A stretch of DNA of 64,000 nt, taken from contig JAPDJO010000076.1 in the NCBI GenBank assembly GCA_029259115.1, positions 12,447 to 76,446 of the forward strand. Direction: 5' to 3'. Position 1 is the stretch's first letter. Each line of letters begins with the position of its first letter. A program made the position numbers and the translations under genes. Below are positions 9,422-22,636 of this stretch, one piece after another. This stretch comes from Thermoplasmatota archaeon (lineage in GTDB: Archaea > Thermoplasmatota > E2 > DHVEG-1 > B18-G2). A model generated the notes under the pieces. It worked only from the letters and a program-made list of their open reading frames with translations. It was not told the DNA's origin and did no database searches.

Positions 9422-10363
9422 ATGGTGTACGAACCAGAGAACAATCCAAAATATACCTTTATGGAAAAGAACCCTTCCTTTTATAGTAGATACTTGAACA
9501 TAGATAACAGTGAGGCATTCTTCAATTACATGCTAAAACCGATAAAACCCTCTGTGAGAATAAATACTCTGAAAGCAGATATGGATGAGGTTGTCGAGAG
9601 ACTAAGTGAAGATTTTGAACTTGATAATATAAAATGGTGCAAAGAAGGATTTTACATAAATACAAACAATTTTGGAGGCATAATCGAGCATAGACTCGGC
9701 ATAATATTCCCTCAAGAAGCAGCATCCATGATTCCAGCAAATTTAATGGAGCTAAGATCAAAGATGAAGGTTTTAGATTTATGTGCTGCGCCAGGCGCAA
9801 AGACTACGCAGATAGCTCAGTACATGGAAAATGAGGGATGTGTAATAGCAAACGATCCAAATGCAAGAAGGATAAATATACTCATATCCAATCTCCAGAG
9901 ATGCGGAGTTTTGATAACTAGGGTGACAAAGAAAGATGGTAGATACTTTTCCAGATATGAGGAAAGATTCGATGCAGTTCTTGTCGATGCCCCTTGTAGC
10001 AATGTTGGAATGATAAGAAAGAACTTCAAGTATCTGAAGTTTTGGAGAGAGAAGGAAATAGGATATCTATCGAATTTGCAAAAATCTTTGATCTTGGCTG
10101 GATACAGGGCTTTGAAACCTGGAGGAATCTTGATCTATTCAACCTGCACTCTGGATCCGTTGGAAAACGAAGAAGTCGTAAATCACTTGTTGGTGAATAC
10201 TGATGCTGATATAGAGAGTATAGATCTCCCTATCAACAGAAGAGAACCTTTTCTCAAGTTTGAAGATAAAATTTATACGAGTGAGGTTAAAAGATGTTTG
10301 AGAATACATCCGCAGGATAATGATACAGAAGGCTTCTTTGTTGCAAAGATAAGAAAACCCTAG
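9422..10363 (+). CDS. NOL1/NOP2/RsmF-family RNA m5C methyltransferase
   Basis: VLDLCAAPGAKT, DAPCS, YSTCT, HPQ..DTEGFFVA motifs. Confidence 0.92.
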   Translation: MVYEPENNPKYTFMEKNPSFYSRYLNIDNSEAFFNYMLKPIKPSVRINTLKADMDEVVERLSEDFELDNIKWCKEGFYINTNNFGGIIEHRLGIIFPQEAASMIPANLMELRSKMKVLDLCAAPGAKTTQIAQYMENEGCVIANDPNARRINILISNLQRCGVLITRVTKKDGRYFSRYEERFDAVLVDAPCSNVGMIRKNFKYLKFWREKEIGYLSNLQKSLILAGYRALKPGGILIYSTCTLDPLENEEVVNHLLVNTDADIESIDLPINRREPFLKFEDKIYTSEVKRCLRIHPQDNDTEGFFVAKIRKP

Positions 10364-10371
10364 GTGATAAG

Positions 10372-10815
10372 ATGAGCGAAACAAAGGAGAAGATAATGAA
10401 GTATCTAAGGGAGCAGTATGGTGTCGAAAATATAGACTTTGAAATTAAGGAAAAGGAGAATAAAAAGCTCTATGCCTTTAAGAAATGCGAGGATATAGAT
10501 ATTGAAGAGCATAGGCATTTCAATGGTTTGTACTTCGGTAGACTCTGTAAAGATGGGTTAAGATTGTCTATAGAAGGTTCTTTCCTTATAGGAAGAATAG
10601 CGAAATATGGTGTAATTGATCTAAATAGAGAGGAAGCAGAGAGATGGTTATCTGGTGAAAATCTAAAAAGGAAGGAAAAAGGATACGTTATATTGAGATG
10701 GAGATCTTATTATCTGGGTTGTGGAAAAGGAGATGGAAAGATGATTAAGAATTTTGTACCAAAAGAGAGGAGGTTGACCCATGGAGATAAAAGAGTTTCA
10801 AAGAAAGATGCATGA
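10372..10815 (+). CDS. PUA/NIP7-like RNA-binding partner of the m5C methyltransferase (RsmF C-terminal-like)
   Basis: GLYFG..RLSIEG, WLSGE, LGCGK...KNFVPKERR; adjacent to the methyltransferase. Confidence 0.7.
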   Translation: MSETKEKIMKYLREQYGVENIDFEIKEKENKKLYAFKKCEDIDIEEHRHFNGLYFGRLCKDGLRLSIEGSFLIGRIAKYGVIDLNREEAERWLSGENLKRKEKGYVILRWRSYYLGCGKGDGKMIKNFVPKERRLTHGDKRVSKKDA

Positions 10816-11077
10816 GATTTATGGGGAAAGAGACAAAAAGAGAGGAATAGAGAAGACATACATGTGGGTAATAGAGGAAATAGGAGAGCTTGCTAGAGCG
10901 ATAAGGAAATCGAATAGAGGAGAAATCGAGAACGAGTTTGCAGATGTCGTAGCCTGGATATTTTCTCTTGCAAATCTCCTTGAAATAGATATCGAGGATA
11001 CACTCAAGAAATACGCTGCTGTCTGTCCAAAATGCAAGAAAAACCCATGCGGATGTGAGGAGGGTTGGAAGAGTTAA
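10781..11077 (+). CDS. MazG-like nucleotide pyrophosphohydrolase
   Basis: EEIGEL...EFADV motif and a C-terminal CPKC..PC.C. Confidence 0.85.
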   Translation: MEIKEFQRKMHEIYGERDKKRGIEKTYMWVIEEIGELARAIRKSNRGEIENEFADVVAWIFSLANLLEIDIEDTLKKYAAVCPKCKKNPCGCEEGWKS

Positions 11078-13485
11078 CTTTCCAATCTAGCTACACACAC
11101 TATTTTGTCACCTTCTTTCAATCTCATTATCCTCACGCCAGCCGTATTTCTTCCCTGCCTCCTAATATCTTTTACTCTCATCCTTGATATCATTCCAGTC
11201 CTACTCAGGACCATTATTTCATCTTCTTCTTCGACAGATTTGGCAAATACAACTCTTCCATTCCTTTCATTCGTTATTATCGTCCTTACACCTTTGCTGC
11301 CTCTATGTGTTTTTCTGTAATCTTTTAATGCTGTTCTCTTCCCAAAGCCATTCTCTGTTATCGTTAGTATATCTTTATCATCTCTCGTTACATCTAAAGA
11401 GACAACCTCATCTCCTTCACTTAATCTTATACCTATAACTCCCATCGCATTTCTACCCATAGGTCTTATCTCTTTTTCACTGAACCAGCTGGCTTGACCG
11501 TTTTTGCTGGCTATGAAAACATCATCACTCCCGCTTGATAGAATTACATCGACCAATTCATCCTCTCTAAGATCTATTGCTATTATACCATTCGATCTGA
11601 TGTTTTTGAACAAATCAACCTTACATCTTTTTACTATCCCCTCCTTAGTCGCAAATATCAGGTATCCTTCTTTTTCAAAGGATCTGAGAGGTATGGCTGT
11701 TATAACTTTCTCATCTTGATCAAGTTTCGGGAGGAGATTGATTATGGCTTTGCCCTTTGCTCTTCTCCCCCCTTCTGGAATTTCATAGCATTTTAGTCTG
11801 TACACTTTACCAAGATTTGTGAAAAATAGAATATAGTCATGGGTTGATGCCACAAACGATAGTTTAAGAAAGTCATCTTCCTTGGTTTCCATGCCTATTA
11901 GACCTACACCTCCCCTCCTCTGTGTCCTATACGCATCTATGGGCATCCTCTTGATGTAACCTTGATGAGTAAATGTTACTATGACATCTTCTTCCTGAAT
12001 AAGATCTTCTATCTTGAGTTCGCCTTCTTCCTCAACGATTTCTGTCCTTCTTTCATCTCCAAATTTTTCTTTAATCTCTATGAGTTCTCTCTTTATCTCT
12101 TCGAGTATGTTTTTCTTATCACTCAAAAGCCAGTTCAATCTCTCAATCTCTTCCTTTGTACATTTATACTCTTCTTCTACATTCCTTCTTTCCATTCCTG
12201 TTAATCTTTGCAATCTCATATCGAGGATAGCCTTTGCCTGAATCTCAGATAAGGAAAATCTTTTCATTAGATTGTTTCTAGCTTCGTCTACACTTTCGCT
12301 CTTCTTTATTATGTCTATAACCTCATCTATGTTATCCAAAGCTATGAGGAAACCTTCAAGGATATGCAATCTCTCTTTAGCTTTTCTTAACAGGTATTTT
12401 GCTTTTCTTGTTATAACATCTACCCTATGTCTTACAAATGCCTGAATCATCTCTTTCAGGGAGAGAATTCTGGGTTCTCCATCGACTATTGCTAGATTCA
12501 GTATTCCAAAAGTTACTTGAAGCTGTGTATGCTGAAATAGCTGATTTAAGATAATATCTGGTATGACATCCCTTCTTAGCTCTATAACGACTCTTAACCC
12601 TTCTCTATCACTCTCATCTCTTAGATCAGTTATCCCGTCTATCTTTCCATTTTTAACAAGATCGGCTATATGTTTCAGAAGATCAGATTTGTTAACCTGA
12701 TAAGGTATCTCTGTTATGACTATCCTTTTCCTCTCTTCTCCCTCTATACTAACCTTTCCTCTAACTCTTATAAGCCCTCTTCCTGTTTCATATGCTTGCT
12801 TTATTCCGCTCTTACCACATATTACTCCACCAGTTGGGAAATCGGGTCCCCTTATTATCTTCATGAGCTCATCTGTTTTTATCCTTGGATTATCAATAAC
12901 AGCTATTATACCATCAACTATCTCACTCAGGTTGTGGGGAGGTATATTTGTAGCCATTCCTACAGCTATACCAGATGAACCATTCACCAGAAGATTTGGA
13001 AATTTTGCAGGTAAAACCTCGGGTTCTTTCAAGGTTCCATCAAAATTATCTCTCCAATCAACCGTATCCTTATCTATATCTTCTATCATCATCTCTGCAA
13101 TCTCGTTTAATCTCACTTCTGTGTATCTCATCGCCGCAGGAGCGTCGCCATCAACACTTCCAAAGTTACCCTGTCCATCTATCAGAGGATATCTGAGAGA
13201 AAAATCCTGAGCCATTCTTACTAAAGCGTCATAAACAGCTTGATCTCCATGAGGATGATACTTTCCAAGAACTTCTCCAACAACTCTTGCGGATTTTTTA
13301 AAAGGTTTATCGTGATGTAGCCCCATTTCACTCATTGCATAGAGAATTCTTCTATGTACAGGCTTAAGACCGTCTCTGACATCTGGTAAGGCTCTACTCA
13401 TTATGACACTCATTGAGTAATCGATAAAGCACCTCTTCATCTCGTTCTCTATTGTTCTAACGATGACATCTCCTATATTTTCCAT
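11074..13485 (-). CDS. gyrA: DNA gyrase subunit A
   Basis: [29 protein letters not shown], GyrA-box QRRGGVG, pinwheel repeats. Confidence 0.98.
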   Translation of the reverse strand: MENIGDVIVRTIENEMKRCFIDYSMSVIMSRALPDVRDGLKPVHRRILYAMSEMGLHHDKPFKKSARVVGEVLGKYHPHGDQAVYDALVRMAQDFSLRYPLIDGQGNFGSVDGDAPAAMRYTEVRLNEIAEMMIEDIDKDTVDWRDNFDGTLKEPEVLPAKFPNLLVNGSSGIAVGMATNIPPHNLSEIVDGIIAVIDNPRIKTDELMKIIRGPDFPTGGVICGKSGIKQAYETGRGLIRVRGKVSIEGEERKRIVITEIPYQVNKSDLLKHIADLVKNGKIDGITDLRDESDREGLRVVIELRRDVIPDIILNQLFQHTQLQVTFGILNLAIVDGEPRILSLKEMIQAFVRHRVDVITRKAKYLLRKAKERLHILEGFLIALDNIDEVIDIIKKSESVDEARNNLMKRFSLSEIQAKAILDMRLQRLTGMERRNVEEEYKCTKEEIERLNWLLSDKKNILEEIKRELIEIKEKFGDERRTEIVEEEGELKIEDLIQEEDVIVTFTHQGYIKRMPIDAYRTQRRGGVGLIGMETKEDDFLKLSFVASTHDYILFFTNLGKVYRLKCYEIPEGGRRAKGKAIINLLPKLDQDEKVITAIPLRSFEKEGYLIFATKEGIVKRCKVDLFKNIRSNGIIAIDLREDELVDVILSSGSDDVFIASKNGQASWFSEKEIRPMGRNAMGVIGIRLSEGDEVVSLDVTRDDKDILTITENGFGKRTALKDYRKTHRGSKGVRTIITNERNGRVVFAKSVEEEDEIMVLSRTGMISRMRVKDIRRQGRNTAGVRIMRLKEGDKIVCVARLES

Positions 13486-13493
13486 AAGATCAC

Positions 13494-15431
<1,938 letters not shown>

Positions 15432-15558
15432 CTACACCTTTACATCCCATCGGGAGATAAAACCCATATAAGGTATTTACTAATAAATGTTCTCCTTATA
15501 TAGTATCTAGCTAGAAAGATTAAAGATTGCAGAAACCTTTTTGATTTTAGGTATACGG

Positions 15559-16776
15559 ATGTTGATAAACGCAGATCTCCACATACACTCCAGATTCTCC
15601 GGAGCAACAAGCAGCTCGATGACAATAAAAAGACTAGCAGAGTCAGCTCCCAAAAAGGGGATAGATGTTCTTGCTACTGGAGACTGCTTGCATAGGGAAT
15701 GGCAAAAAGAAATCAGAGAGTGCAAAAAGATAGATGATGGAACATTTGAGATGGGAAAGACAAGATTCATATTAAGCACAGAGGTTGAGGATAAAAACAG
15801 GGTGCATCACCTCCTTTATTTTCCATCATTTTCCCAAGTTGAAGAATTTAGGAAGAGAATAGAAAAGTTTTCCAACAATTTAGATGCGGATGGTAGACCA
15901 AAGTTAAAAATCGATGGAGAAGAGATTGCACAGATAGCAAAAGATCTGGATGTACTGATAGGGCCAGCACATGCTTTCACTCCATGGACAGCGATATACG
16001 CTTATCATAACTCCTTGAAAGATTGCTATAGAGACCTTTCAGAATATGTTTCTTTCCTAGAACTAGGATTGAGTGCAGATTCAGACTATGCTGACAGGAT
16101 ATCTGAACTTCATAGACTGACGTTTCTGACAAATTCAGATTCTCATAGTCCACATCCAGTGAGATTGGCTAGAGAATTCAATAGGATGGAGGTTAGCGAT
16201 GTGACATTCGACGAGATAAGAAAAGCCATACTGAGATTGGGAGGAAATAAGGTGATTCTCAACGTTGGCCTTCCTCCTCAGGAAGGAAAATACAATGAAA
16301 CAGCCTGCATAAAGTGTTACAGACATTACACATTAGAAGAAGCAATAAGTAGGAGATGGAAGTGCGTATGCGGGGGAAGGATAAAGAAAGGGGTAAAGGA
16401 CAGGGTTAGAGAACTAGCAGATCTAGATGAGCCTAAACATCCAAATCATAGACCACCTTATCTCCATATAATTCCTCTTTCTGAGATCATAGCAAAGGCC
16501 ATAGGACAAAGTAGTGTATTTACAAAAAAGGTTAGTGATATATGGGAGAGTCTTGTATCGGAGTTTGGTAGCGAAGTAAGAATACTCGTAGATGCTGATA
16601 TAAGGGAGATAGCAAAATATAGTAATCTTGCGGTTGCAGAGGCTATAAAGCTATTTAGAGAAGGAAAAGTGAAGATAATTCCCGGTGGCGGCGGCAGGTA
16701 TGGTGTAATAGAACTCTCTCCTTCAGATTCAGACCCTATAACTTTTAATCAGCAGAAAAGTTTACTTGACTTCTAA
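15559..16776 (+). CDS. PHP-domain endonuclease Q-like protein (TIGR00375 family) with C-terminal PIP box
   Basis: DLHIHSRFS, PAHAFTPW, ELGLSAD, NSDSHS, GKY..TACxxC, C.CGG.IKKGV; ends QKSLLDF. Confidence 0.88.
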   Translation: MLINADLHIHSRFSGATSSSMTIKRLAESAPKKGIDVLATGDCLHREWQKEIRECKKIDDGTFEMGKTRFILSTEVEDKNRVHHLLYFPSFSQVEEFRKRIEKFSNNLDADGRPKLKIDGEEIAQIAKDLDVLIGPAHAFTPWTAIYAYHNSLKDCYRDLSEYVSFLELGLSADSDYADRISELHRLTFLTNSDSHSPHPVRLAREFNRMEVSDVTFDEIRKAILRLGGNKVILNVGLPPQEGKYNETACIKCYRHYTLEEAISRRWKCVCGGRIKKGVKDRVRELADLDEPKHPNHRPPYLHIIPLSEIIAKAIGQSSVFTKKVSDIWESLVSEFGSEVRILVDADIREIAKYSNLAVAEAIKLFREGKVKIIPGGGGRYGVIELSPSDSDPITFNQQKSLLDF

Positions 16777-16777
16777 G

Positions 16778-17242
16778 ATGAGGATATCGAAATTGAGAGA
16801 GGAGGACTTCAGGAAAAGGCTCGGAGAAATCATAGATGTGTATCTCGACGGATATGCAGATGTGAAAGAGTATGCTTACCATAAAAGAAGAGATGTAAAG
16901 AATTATGTTAAATGGCTTTATAGATGCGATCCAGATGCATTTATTGTTGCCTTTGAAGAGGACAGCATTATAGGATTCGTAGCCGGAGCTAAAAACTGGT
17001 GGGATAGAGTTTATGGAGATATAGGAGAGATTCATGAGTTAGTCGTCAAAAGAGATTCTCGAGGTAAGGGTGTAGGAAAGAAAATCCTCGAAGAGGAGAT
17101 AAGACTCCTGGAAGAGAAAAACAAAATCATCGGGTTGTGGGTTGGGGAGAAGAATTACAGAGCTATAAAATTCTACGAAAGGTTTGGATTTGAAACAGTT
17201 GGAAAGGTGGGTGTATGGCTGAGAATGATAAGAAAAAGTTAG
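16778..17242 (+). CDS. GNAT-family acetyltransferase
   Basis: RGKGVG motif A and N..AIKFYERFGF. Confidence 0.88.
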   Translation: MRISKLREEDFRKRLGEIIDVYLDGYADVKEYAYHKRRDVKNYVKWLYRCDPDAFIVAFEEDSIIGFVAGAKNWWDRVYGDIGEIHELVVKRDSRGKGVGKKILEEEIRLLEEKNKIIGLWVGEKNYRAIKFYERFGFETVGKVGVWLRMIRKS

Positions 17243-18282
17243 AAGAGATTTTAAAGAAACTGATATCGATAAAAAGCAAGACCGGAGAAGAAAATAAGAT
17301 AATAGATTTCCTAGAGGATTACCTAACAGATATAGGATTAGAAGTTGAAAGAGAACGTATAGATCACAGGGAGAACATCTTCGCTTACCGAGGAAAGCCA
17401 AAATATCTCATAGCCACTCATGTCGATACAGTACCAGCATGGGGATTCAGGAAAGCTTTTTCTCCTAAAACACTCAAAGGAAAAGTTTATGGTAGAGGAG
17501 CTGTAGATACAAAGGGGCAGATATCACCTTTACTTCTAGCCTTAGAAAAGACAAAGGAATCATGCGCGATAGCCTTTTTTGTTGATGAGGAGAAAGATGC
17601 TAAAGGCTCAGAGAAATTTAATCCAAAATTCAAATTTGATGGAGCTTTGATTCTAGAACCAACAAATTTCAAGATATCTACCATGCAAGCCGGAAGCATA
17701 GAGATTTATTTAGAGGTTAGAGGAACAAGCTCGCATGGTGCTGTACCAAGGAAAGGAAGGAGTGCTATAGATAATTTCATAGAAATCTATAGGAAATTGA
17801 AATGCCTGGATCACATAAAGAACAGACCAAAATTTTTCAGAGATTCTGGAGTAAATCTTGGGTGGATAAGAGGAGGAGTTGACTGTCAGATTGTTCCTAA
17901 AGTTTGTAGAGGGGAGATCGATATACCTATCTTTCCAGATGATGATATGGAGAAGATTAAGAGAGAAATCGAGGATATAGTCAAAAGGCATGATGCGAAA
18001 ATGGAGATAAAGACATTTGATAAACCATTCAAGATTTCAAAGAGCGAAAAGATTGTTAAATTCCTTGAGAAATCAATAAGAGGAATAAAAAGAGTAGAGT
18101 ATTCTGGTATGCCAGCATGGACTGATGCTGCAAACTTGATAGAGAAAAGCATTCCGTCGGTTGTTTTTGGTGCTGGAGATCTATCTTTAGCTCACACTGA
18201 GAGAGAGAACATAAGAATCAAGGATATGGTAGATTTATACATGATATTGAAGAGATTTATAGAACTATCAGAGAAATACTAG
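17215..18282 (+). CDS. M20 metallo-hydrolase (ArgE/DapE-like deacylase)
   Basis: HVDTV, GRGAVDTKG, DEE, EPT, AHTERE metal ligands. Confidence 0.88.
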   Translation: MAENDKKKLEEILKKLISIKSKTGEENKIIDFLEDYLTDIGLEVERERIDHRENIFAYRGKPKYLIATHVDTVPAWGFRKAFSPKTLKGKVYGRGAVDTKGQISPLLLALEKTKESCAIAFFVDEEKDAKGSEKFNPKFKFDGALILEPTNFKISTMQAGSIEIYLEVRGTSSHGAVPRKGRSAIDNFIEIYRKLKCLDHIKNRPKFFRDSGVNLGWIRGGVDCQIVPKVCRGEIDIPIFPDDDMEKIKREIEDIVKRHDAKMEIKTFDKPFKISKSEKIVKFLEKSIRGIKRVEYSGMPAWTDAANLIEKSIPSVVFGAGDLSLAHTERENIRIKDMVDLYMILKRFIELSEKY

Positions 18283-18692
18283 TCTTCTATTTCAATCTCC
18301 CATTTAATATCTGCAACCTTCCTGAGCATCGCTGAGACAGAGCAATATCTCTCTTGAGATAGTCTGATAGCCTTTTCTATCTTATCTCTGGGTAGATCTT
18401 TGCCTTTGAATTTATACTTCAATTCTATCTTTGTAAAAACCTTCGGATGATCCTCTGTTCTATCAGCGTTAATCTCTATTTCAAAAGAATCGTATTTTAC
18501 CTTCATCTTAGATAGTATTGAAACCACATCCATACCCGTGCATCCACCAAGAGCAATAAGTACAGCTTCCATAGGTTTTACAGCTGCATTAAAACCTCCA
18601 AACTTTTCATCTCCATCCATGACCATCCAATGGCTACTATCTGCTTTTCCTACAAATGTTAGACCTTTTACATTTACTATCTTTGCCTTCAT
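18279..18692 (-). CDS. OsmC/YhfA-family protein
   Basis: PME..L..LGGCTGMD...YCSVS two-Cys motif; start moved to MKAKIV. Confidence 0.88.
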   Translation of the reverse strand: MKAKIVNVKGLTFVGKADSSHWMVMDGDEKFGGFNAAVKPMEAVLIALGGCTGMDVVSILSKMKVKYDSFEIEINADRTEDHPKVFTKIELKYKFKGKDLPRDKIEKAIRLSQERYCSVSAMLRKVADIKWEIEIED

Positions 18693-18732
18693 GGAGAAAC
18701 CAAAAGAGAAGCGTAGCTTAAACTTTTTCCAA

Positions 18733-19524
18733 TCAGAACGCCTTCTCAAATTTTATCTTATAATACTCGCACCATCTCTCGAATTCTTTGGAGATATTTT
18801 CGTAATACGATTTGTTCTCGAAGAGCCTATACCTGTACACCCTGATCATATCTCTCGGTAAGTTTCTTTGAAGATTTTCCCACACACCTCTCTTTAAATG
18901 CAACGTATCAAATATTATGATATTGGCTCCTGCATCTTTGAAGACCTCTACCATATCCTTCACTTCCTCTATCTCGGTAGTTGGATAAAGAGGACCAACG
19001 AATACATATGTCTTTATTCCTTCCTTGGACAATCTTCCTATAGCATCTAATCTCTTTTCTATAGGCTTTGCTCTTGGCTCAAGGATTTTTCTTTCATCAT
19101 CTCTTAGTGTTGGGATCGTCAAGCCAACTTCCACATCCTCTATCCTTTTAATGATATCTATATCTCTCAAGACCAAATCAGACTTAGTTTGTATATCAAC
19201 TGGAAAATCATACTTACAGATTTGTTCAAGACAAAGTCTAGTTAGCCTGTATTTTTCTTCTAGAGGTTGATAAGGATCAGTAACTGTGGATATACCAATG
19301 ACGCCTTTTTTCTTCCTTCTCAATTCCTTAGATAAAATGGTTGGTATGTTTCTCCTTATATCAACAAAACTTCCCCATTCTTCTCTAGGAATTGACAAGA
19401 CATTTGGAACATAACAATAAATACACCCATGCTCGCAGCCTCTGTAAGGATTTAAGCTATAATCTAGATCTGGAAGATCAGATTTTGATAAAGCAGTTCT
19501 ACAGTACACCTCTCTAACTATCAT
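18733..19524 (-). CDS. Spore photoproduct lyase-like radical SAM protein
   Basis: NPYRGCEHGCIYCY, TDPYQPLE, TKS; directly downstream of nre. Confidence 0.88.
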   Translation of the reverse strand: MIVREVYCRTALSKSDLPDLDYSLNPYRGCEHGCIYCYVPNVLSIPREEWGSFVDIRRNIPTILSKELRRKKKGVIGISTVTDPYQPLEEKYRLTRLCLEQICKYDFPVDIQTKSDLVLRDIDIIKRIEDVEVGLTIPTLRDDERKILEPRAKPIEKRLDAIGRLSKEGIKTYVFVGPLYPTTEIEEVKDMVEVFKDAGANIIIFDTLHLKRGVWENLQRNLPRDMIRVYRYRLFENKSYYENISKEFERWCEYYKIKFEKAF

Positions 19525-19525
19525 A

Positions 19526-20797
19526 TCAAAAATCCTCTAATCTCCTCTGCAACATCAAGTCTTTCAAAATCGCGCTATTCTTTATCCATCTTTCAACAGG
19601 TATATCCATGAACATCCTAATCTCCTCTAAAACCTCTTTCAGTCTCTCGCATTTCTTATATTCCTTCTTCAGAGCAGACCTTACCGCTTCTCTGACATTC
19701 CACACACCTACCGGCAATATGTATCCTGGATGTGCTTCTCTCAGCACAATCACGCCAGCCTGGCGCCTTTCTTCATTCAACTTTTCATTCACAGCCAATC
19801 TTGCTGCATAGTAGCAACCACCTATCTCAGCATATGTTTTTCTTCCATTGTAAAACTCATAGCTGTTAAACATAGCGATTCTACTTCCATAAGGATTCCA
19901 TGTCGTTTTTGGATACCAAGCCTCAATCAATTCATATCTCCAAGATGTAGGGAGAAATATTACCATCCATCTGTTATCAAGCTTCTTAAATTTGTAAACC
20001 CTGTACTCGTTTATCAGAGGATAGGTCTTCGTATCCCTCATTAACTCTTCTCCTATGATAGAATCCACTGCCGTTATGCTCCACCTTGTTGGTACAAACC
20101 TTCGATATTTTTTCTCGCCAAATGCACCTACGCTGAAAGCCTTTTGAATCTTCGATACCATCACACCATTCTTGTAAAGCTCTAGGACCGCATCTCTTGC
20201 TTTGAGATCTACATCATAGAAAGCTTTCTCTAGATGATGATCATACTTTGGATTAGATATATCCAGATATTTTATTGGAGCAGACGGTCCATGAGGCTGA
20301 GCATCATCAAAGAAAGTGATCTTACCATAGGGCTTCTTTTCAAATAACACCTCTGTATCCACAGGATTTCTAGATAGAGCCAACTCTCTTGTGAATTCTA
20401 TGACCCTATCACTTTTATCAACATCATAGACATTTACGATATACTTACCTCTTACAAGTTGAGATCTGAATTTCACGATATCATCTATTGTTACATCTTG
20501 CCATAGCTCTGGAATATCTATATAGGATGTATCTCCTGAAAAAGGAGGAACAAGAGGACCTATGGCTACCTTTGGATAACCTATTCTTCCAACAAAGACG
20601 CCCGGAGGAGATGATCCCTCTATGAAAATATCATCTATCATGGGTTGAACCTTGCTGTAATGATAGAATCTTACCAAAACAGGGCATCTATCCTTTCCAC
20701 ACAGCATCTTTGTTCCTCTACAAAGTATGCAGAGGTTGAATCTACGCTTATCTGAAACCTTGAATCTCGTCTGATAAGCCCTACTATTATAATCCAC
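19526..20797 (-). CDS. nreA: Nre-family archaeal DNA repair protein
   Basis: C..C.G...LCG...CP, GSSPP.VFVG..GYPKV, RRFVPTRWSITAVD, GGCYYAARL, PVGVW.VRE; C-terminal PIP box QRRLEDF. Confidence 0.9.
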   Translation of the reverse strand: MDYNSRAYQTRFKVSDKRRFNLCILCRGTKMLCGKDRCPVLVRFYHYSKVQPMIDDIFIEGSSPPGVFVGRIGYPKVAIGPLVPPFSGDTSYIDIPELWQDVTIDDIVKFRSQLVRGKYIVNVYDVDKSDRVIEFTRELALSRNPVDTEVLFEKKPYGKITFFDDAQPHGPSAPIKYLDISNPKYDHHLEKAFYDVDLKARDAVLELYKNGVMVSKIQKAFSVGAFGEKKYRRFVPTRWSITAVDSIIGEELMRDTKTYPLINEYRVYKFKKLDNRWMVIFLPTSWRYELIEAWYPKTTWNPYGSRIAMFNSYEFYNGRKTYAEIGGCYYAARLAVNEKLNEERRQAGVIVLREAHPGYILPVGVWNVREAVRSALKKEYKKCERLKEVLEEIRMFMDIPVERWIKNSAILKDLMLQRRLEDF

Positions 20798-21004
20798 TGT
20801 GAAAACAAAATTATGCAGAAGTAAAAAATCTTTTCTGGAAATAGTTCATTTTACAGATGTTACAGCACATACTGGTGAAAGGAGACGCTAAACTTTACTA
20901 GAGAATAACAAATTTATTCACGCAGACATAGTCGATATCACCCCGATATTCGCACTACACAGACAAGGTTTTAAAAGGTAAGGGGATAATATCAAGGGAA
21001 AGAG

Positions 21005-22636
21005 ATGTCAGAGAAATATAGCGGAATATTATCAAGGAAAGAAAAGATAGCCATGCTAATTGGACTATTTATTACTGTAATTTCTGTAGGAATTCAGATC
21101 TTAATATATACCTTTTCACACAACAATCAAACTCTTACAACTGAAGGTACTGTACTCTTTATTACATCATATATAGGCATAGTAGTTGGATTTTTGATGG
21201 TTGTTAAAATAGTTGTAGGAAAACACCTCAATAGACTATCCTACATTGTGACATCTTTCATGGTGGGTTGTTTTATAGGAGGATTAAGTGTTCTTATAGT
21301 GGCAGGATGGTCTAGACCATGGGTCATATACGGAGCATATCTCTATACCATATTGATATATGCACCGGCTATTCTCGTTACTCTCTCTGTAGTATCTGTT
21401 GCTACGTTGAAATTTTCCAATAAGGTATCTTTCATTGTATCCGTTTTTTCTGTAGTAGTTACCATTATCATATTGACTCTAATTTTAGTCCCTACTCTCT
21501 CACCAATTAGAACAGATAGGGAATGTATAACAGCCTTATCATTTTCTACTGATGGAAATAAGCTTTTATTGACGACAGGGGATTGTTATTCCAAACGTCT
21601 TTATATCGAAAAAGACGGGAAAAAGATGTATAGTGGAGTTCTACAGATATGGGACATAGAAGAAAGAAAAAAGATACATGAGGAATTTCCAGGTGAGGAT
21701 ATATTATTTGGATATACTCTCTCCCCCTGCGGAAGATACTACGTAGTTGAGAATACCATCTACAATTCTACCACAGGTGAAATAGTCACAGAGATAGAGG
21801 GAGAGATATTGGATTGGTCAGAGGATGGTAAATATTTGGTGGCGAAAGATCCAGAAGTTTATGTATCCTCTTTTGGTTGGACATCGAAGATCCTGTTTCT
21901 TCAGATACCAAACTTTTCAATAGCTAAAGAGATAGAAATTCCAGAGATACATCCTGAAAGAGGTGATAAATTCAAATTATCTCCTGGAGAAAATTTTCTC
22001 TCTCTTTGGTATAATGAAGAGAGACAACTGATGGTATTTTCTATAGAAGAAAATACATCACTGTGGAAAAAATCGCTGGGAATAGAAGGTGAAAACTTAT
22101 GGATACACTGGTCTACCGATGAGAAACTTCTGCAGATCATTAAGAGAAAAGGAAGTCTAGAAAACACCAGTTATAATGTCATAGTAATCAATGCTACTGA
22201 TGGAAAAGAGATCCAAAACATCTCTCTATACGACGATCTAATCAAAGACGAAAAGAAAACTTACTTACTGGGGGCAACCTTTGGTAGGTTGTACTTTTGT
22301 ACGAGCAAATCATACCTTGAGAAAGGCTTATTTTTCAATAGATGGGTATGTAAACGTTACATCCTCATCTATAATCTTACCGGATTGAAACAAATCATTA
22401 ATATAACCGGTACAGCAACCCGTATCTCTCTCAGCAAAGGACTGATTGCTGTCGGTTACGATAATGGTATCGTTGATATTTTTAATGAATCAACAGGTAA
22501 GTTGATTTTCAGCATAAAAACACCGGTCTATAACTATAAAGTGAGAATACCTGCACCTGGTATACCTTTCATAATCATCGTTATCCTATTAGTCTATATC
22601 ATAAAGAAGAAATGGAGGAGTTATGGCGATGCCTAA
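21005..22636 (+). CDS. Membrane protein with WD40-like beta-propeller and a PGF-CTERM-like tail
   Basis: About 5 N-terminal TM helices, repeats FSTDG/LSPCG/WSEDG/LSPGE/WSTDE, and a C-terminal PAPGIP-hydrophobic-KKKWR tail. Confidence 0.6.
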   Translation: MSEKYSGILSRKEKIAMLIGLFITVISVGIQILIYTFSHNNQTLTTEGTVLFITSYIGIVVGFLMVVKIVVGKHLNRLSYIVTSFMVGCFIGGLSVLIVAGWSRPWVIYGAYLYTILIYAPAILVTLSVVSVATLKFSNKVSFIVSVFSVVVTIIILTLILVPTLSPIRTDRECITALSFSTDGNKLLLTTGDCYSKRLYIEKDGKKMYSGVLQIWDIEERKKIHEEFPGEDILFGYTLSPCGRYYVVENTIYNSTTGEIVTEIEGEILDWSEDGKYLVAKDPEVYVSSFGWTSKILFLQIPNFSIAKEIEIPEIHPERGDKFKLSPGENFLSLWYNEERQLMVFSIEENTSLWKKSLGIEGENLWIHWSTDEKLLQIIKRKGSLENTSYNVIVINATDGKEIQNISLYDDLIKDEKKTYLLGATFGRLYFCTSKSYLEKGLFFNRWVCKRYILIYNLTGLKQIINITGTATRISLSKGLIAVGYDNGIVDIFNESTGKLIFSIKTPVYNYKVRIPAPGIPFIIIVILLVYIIKKKWRSYGDA

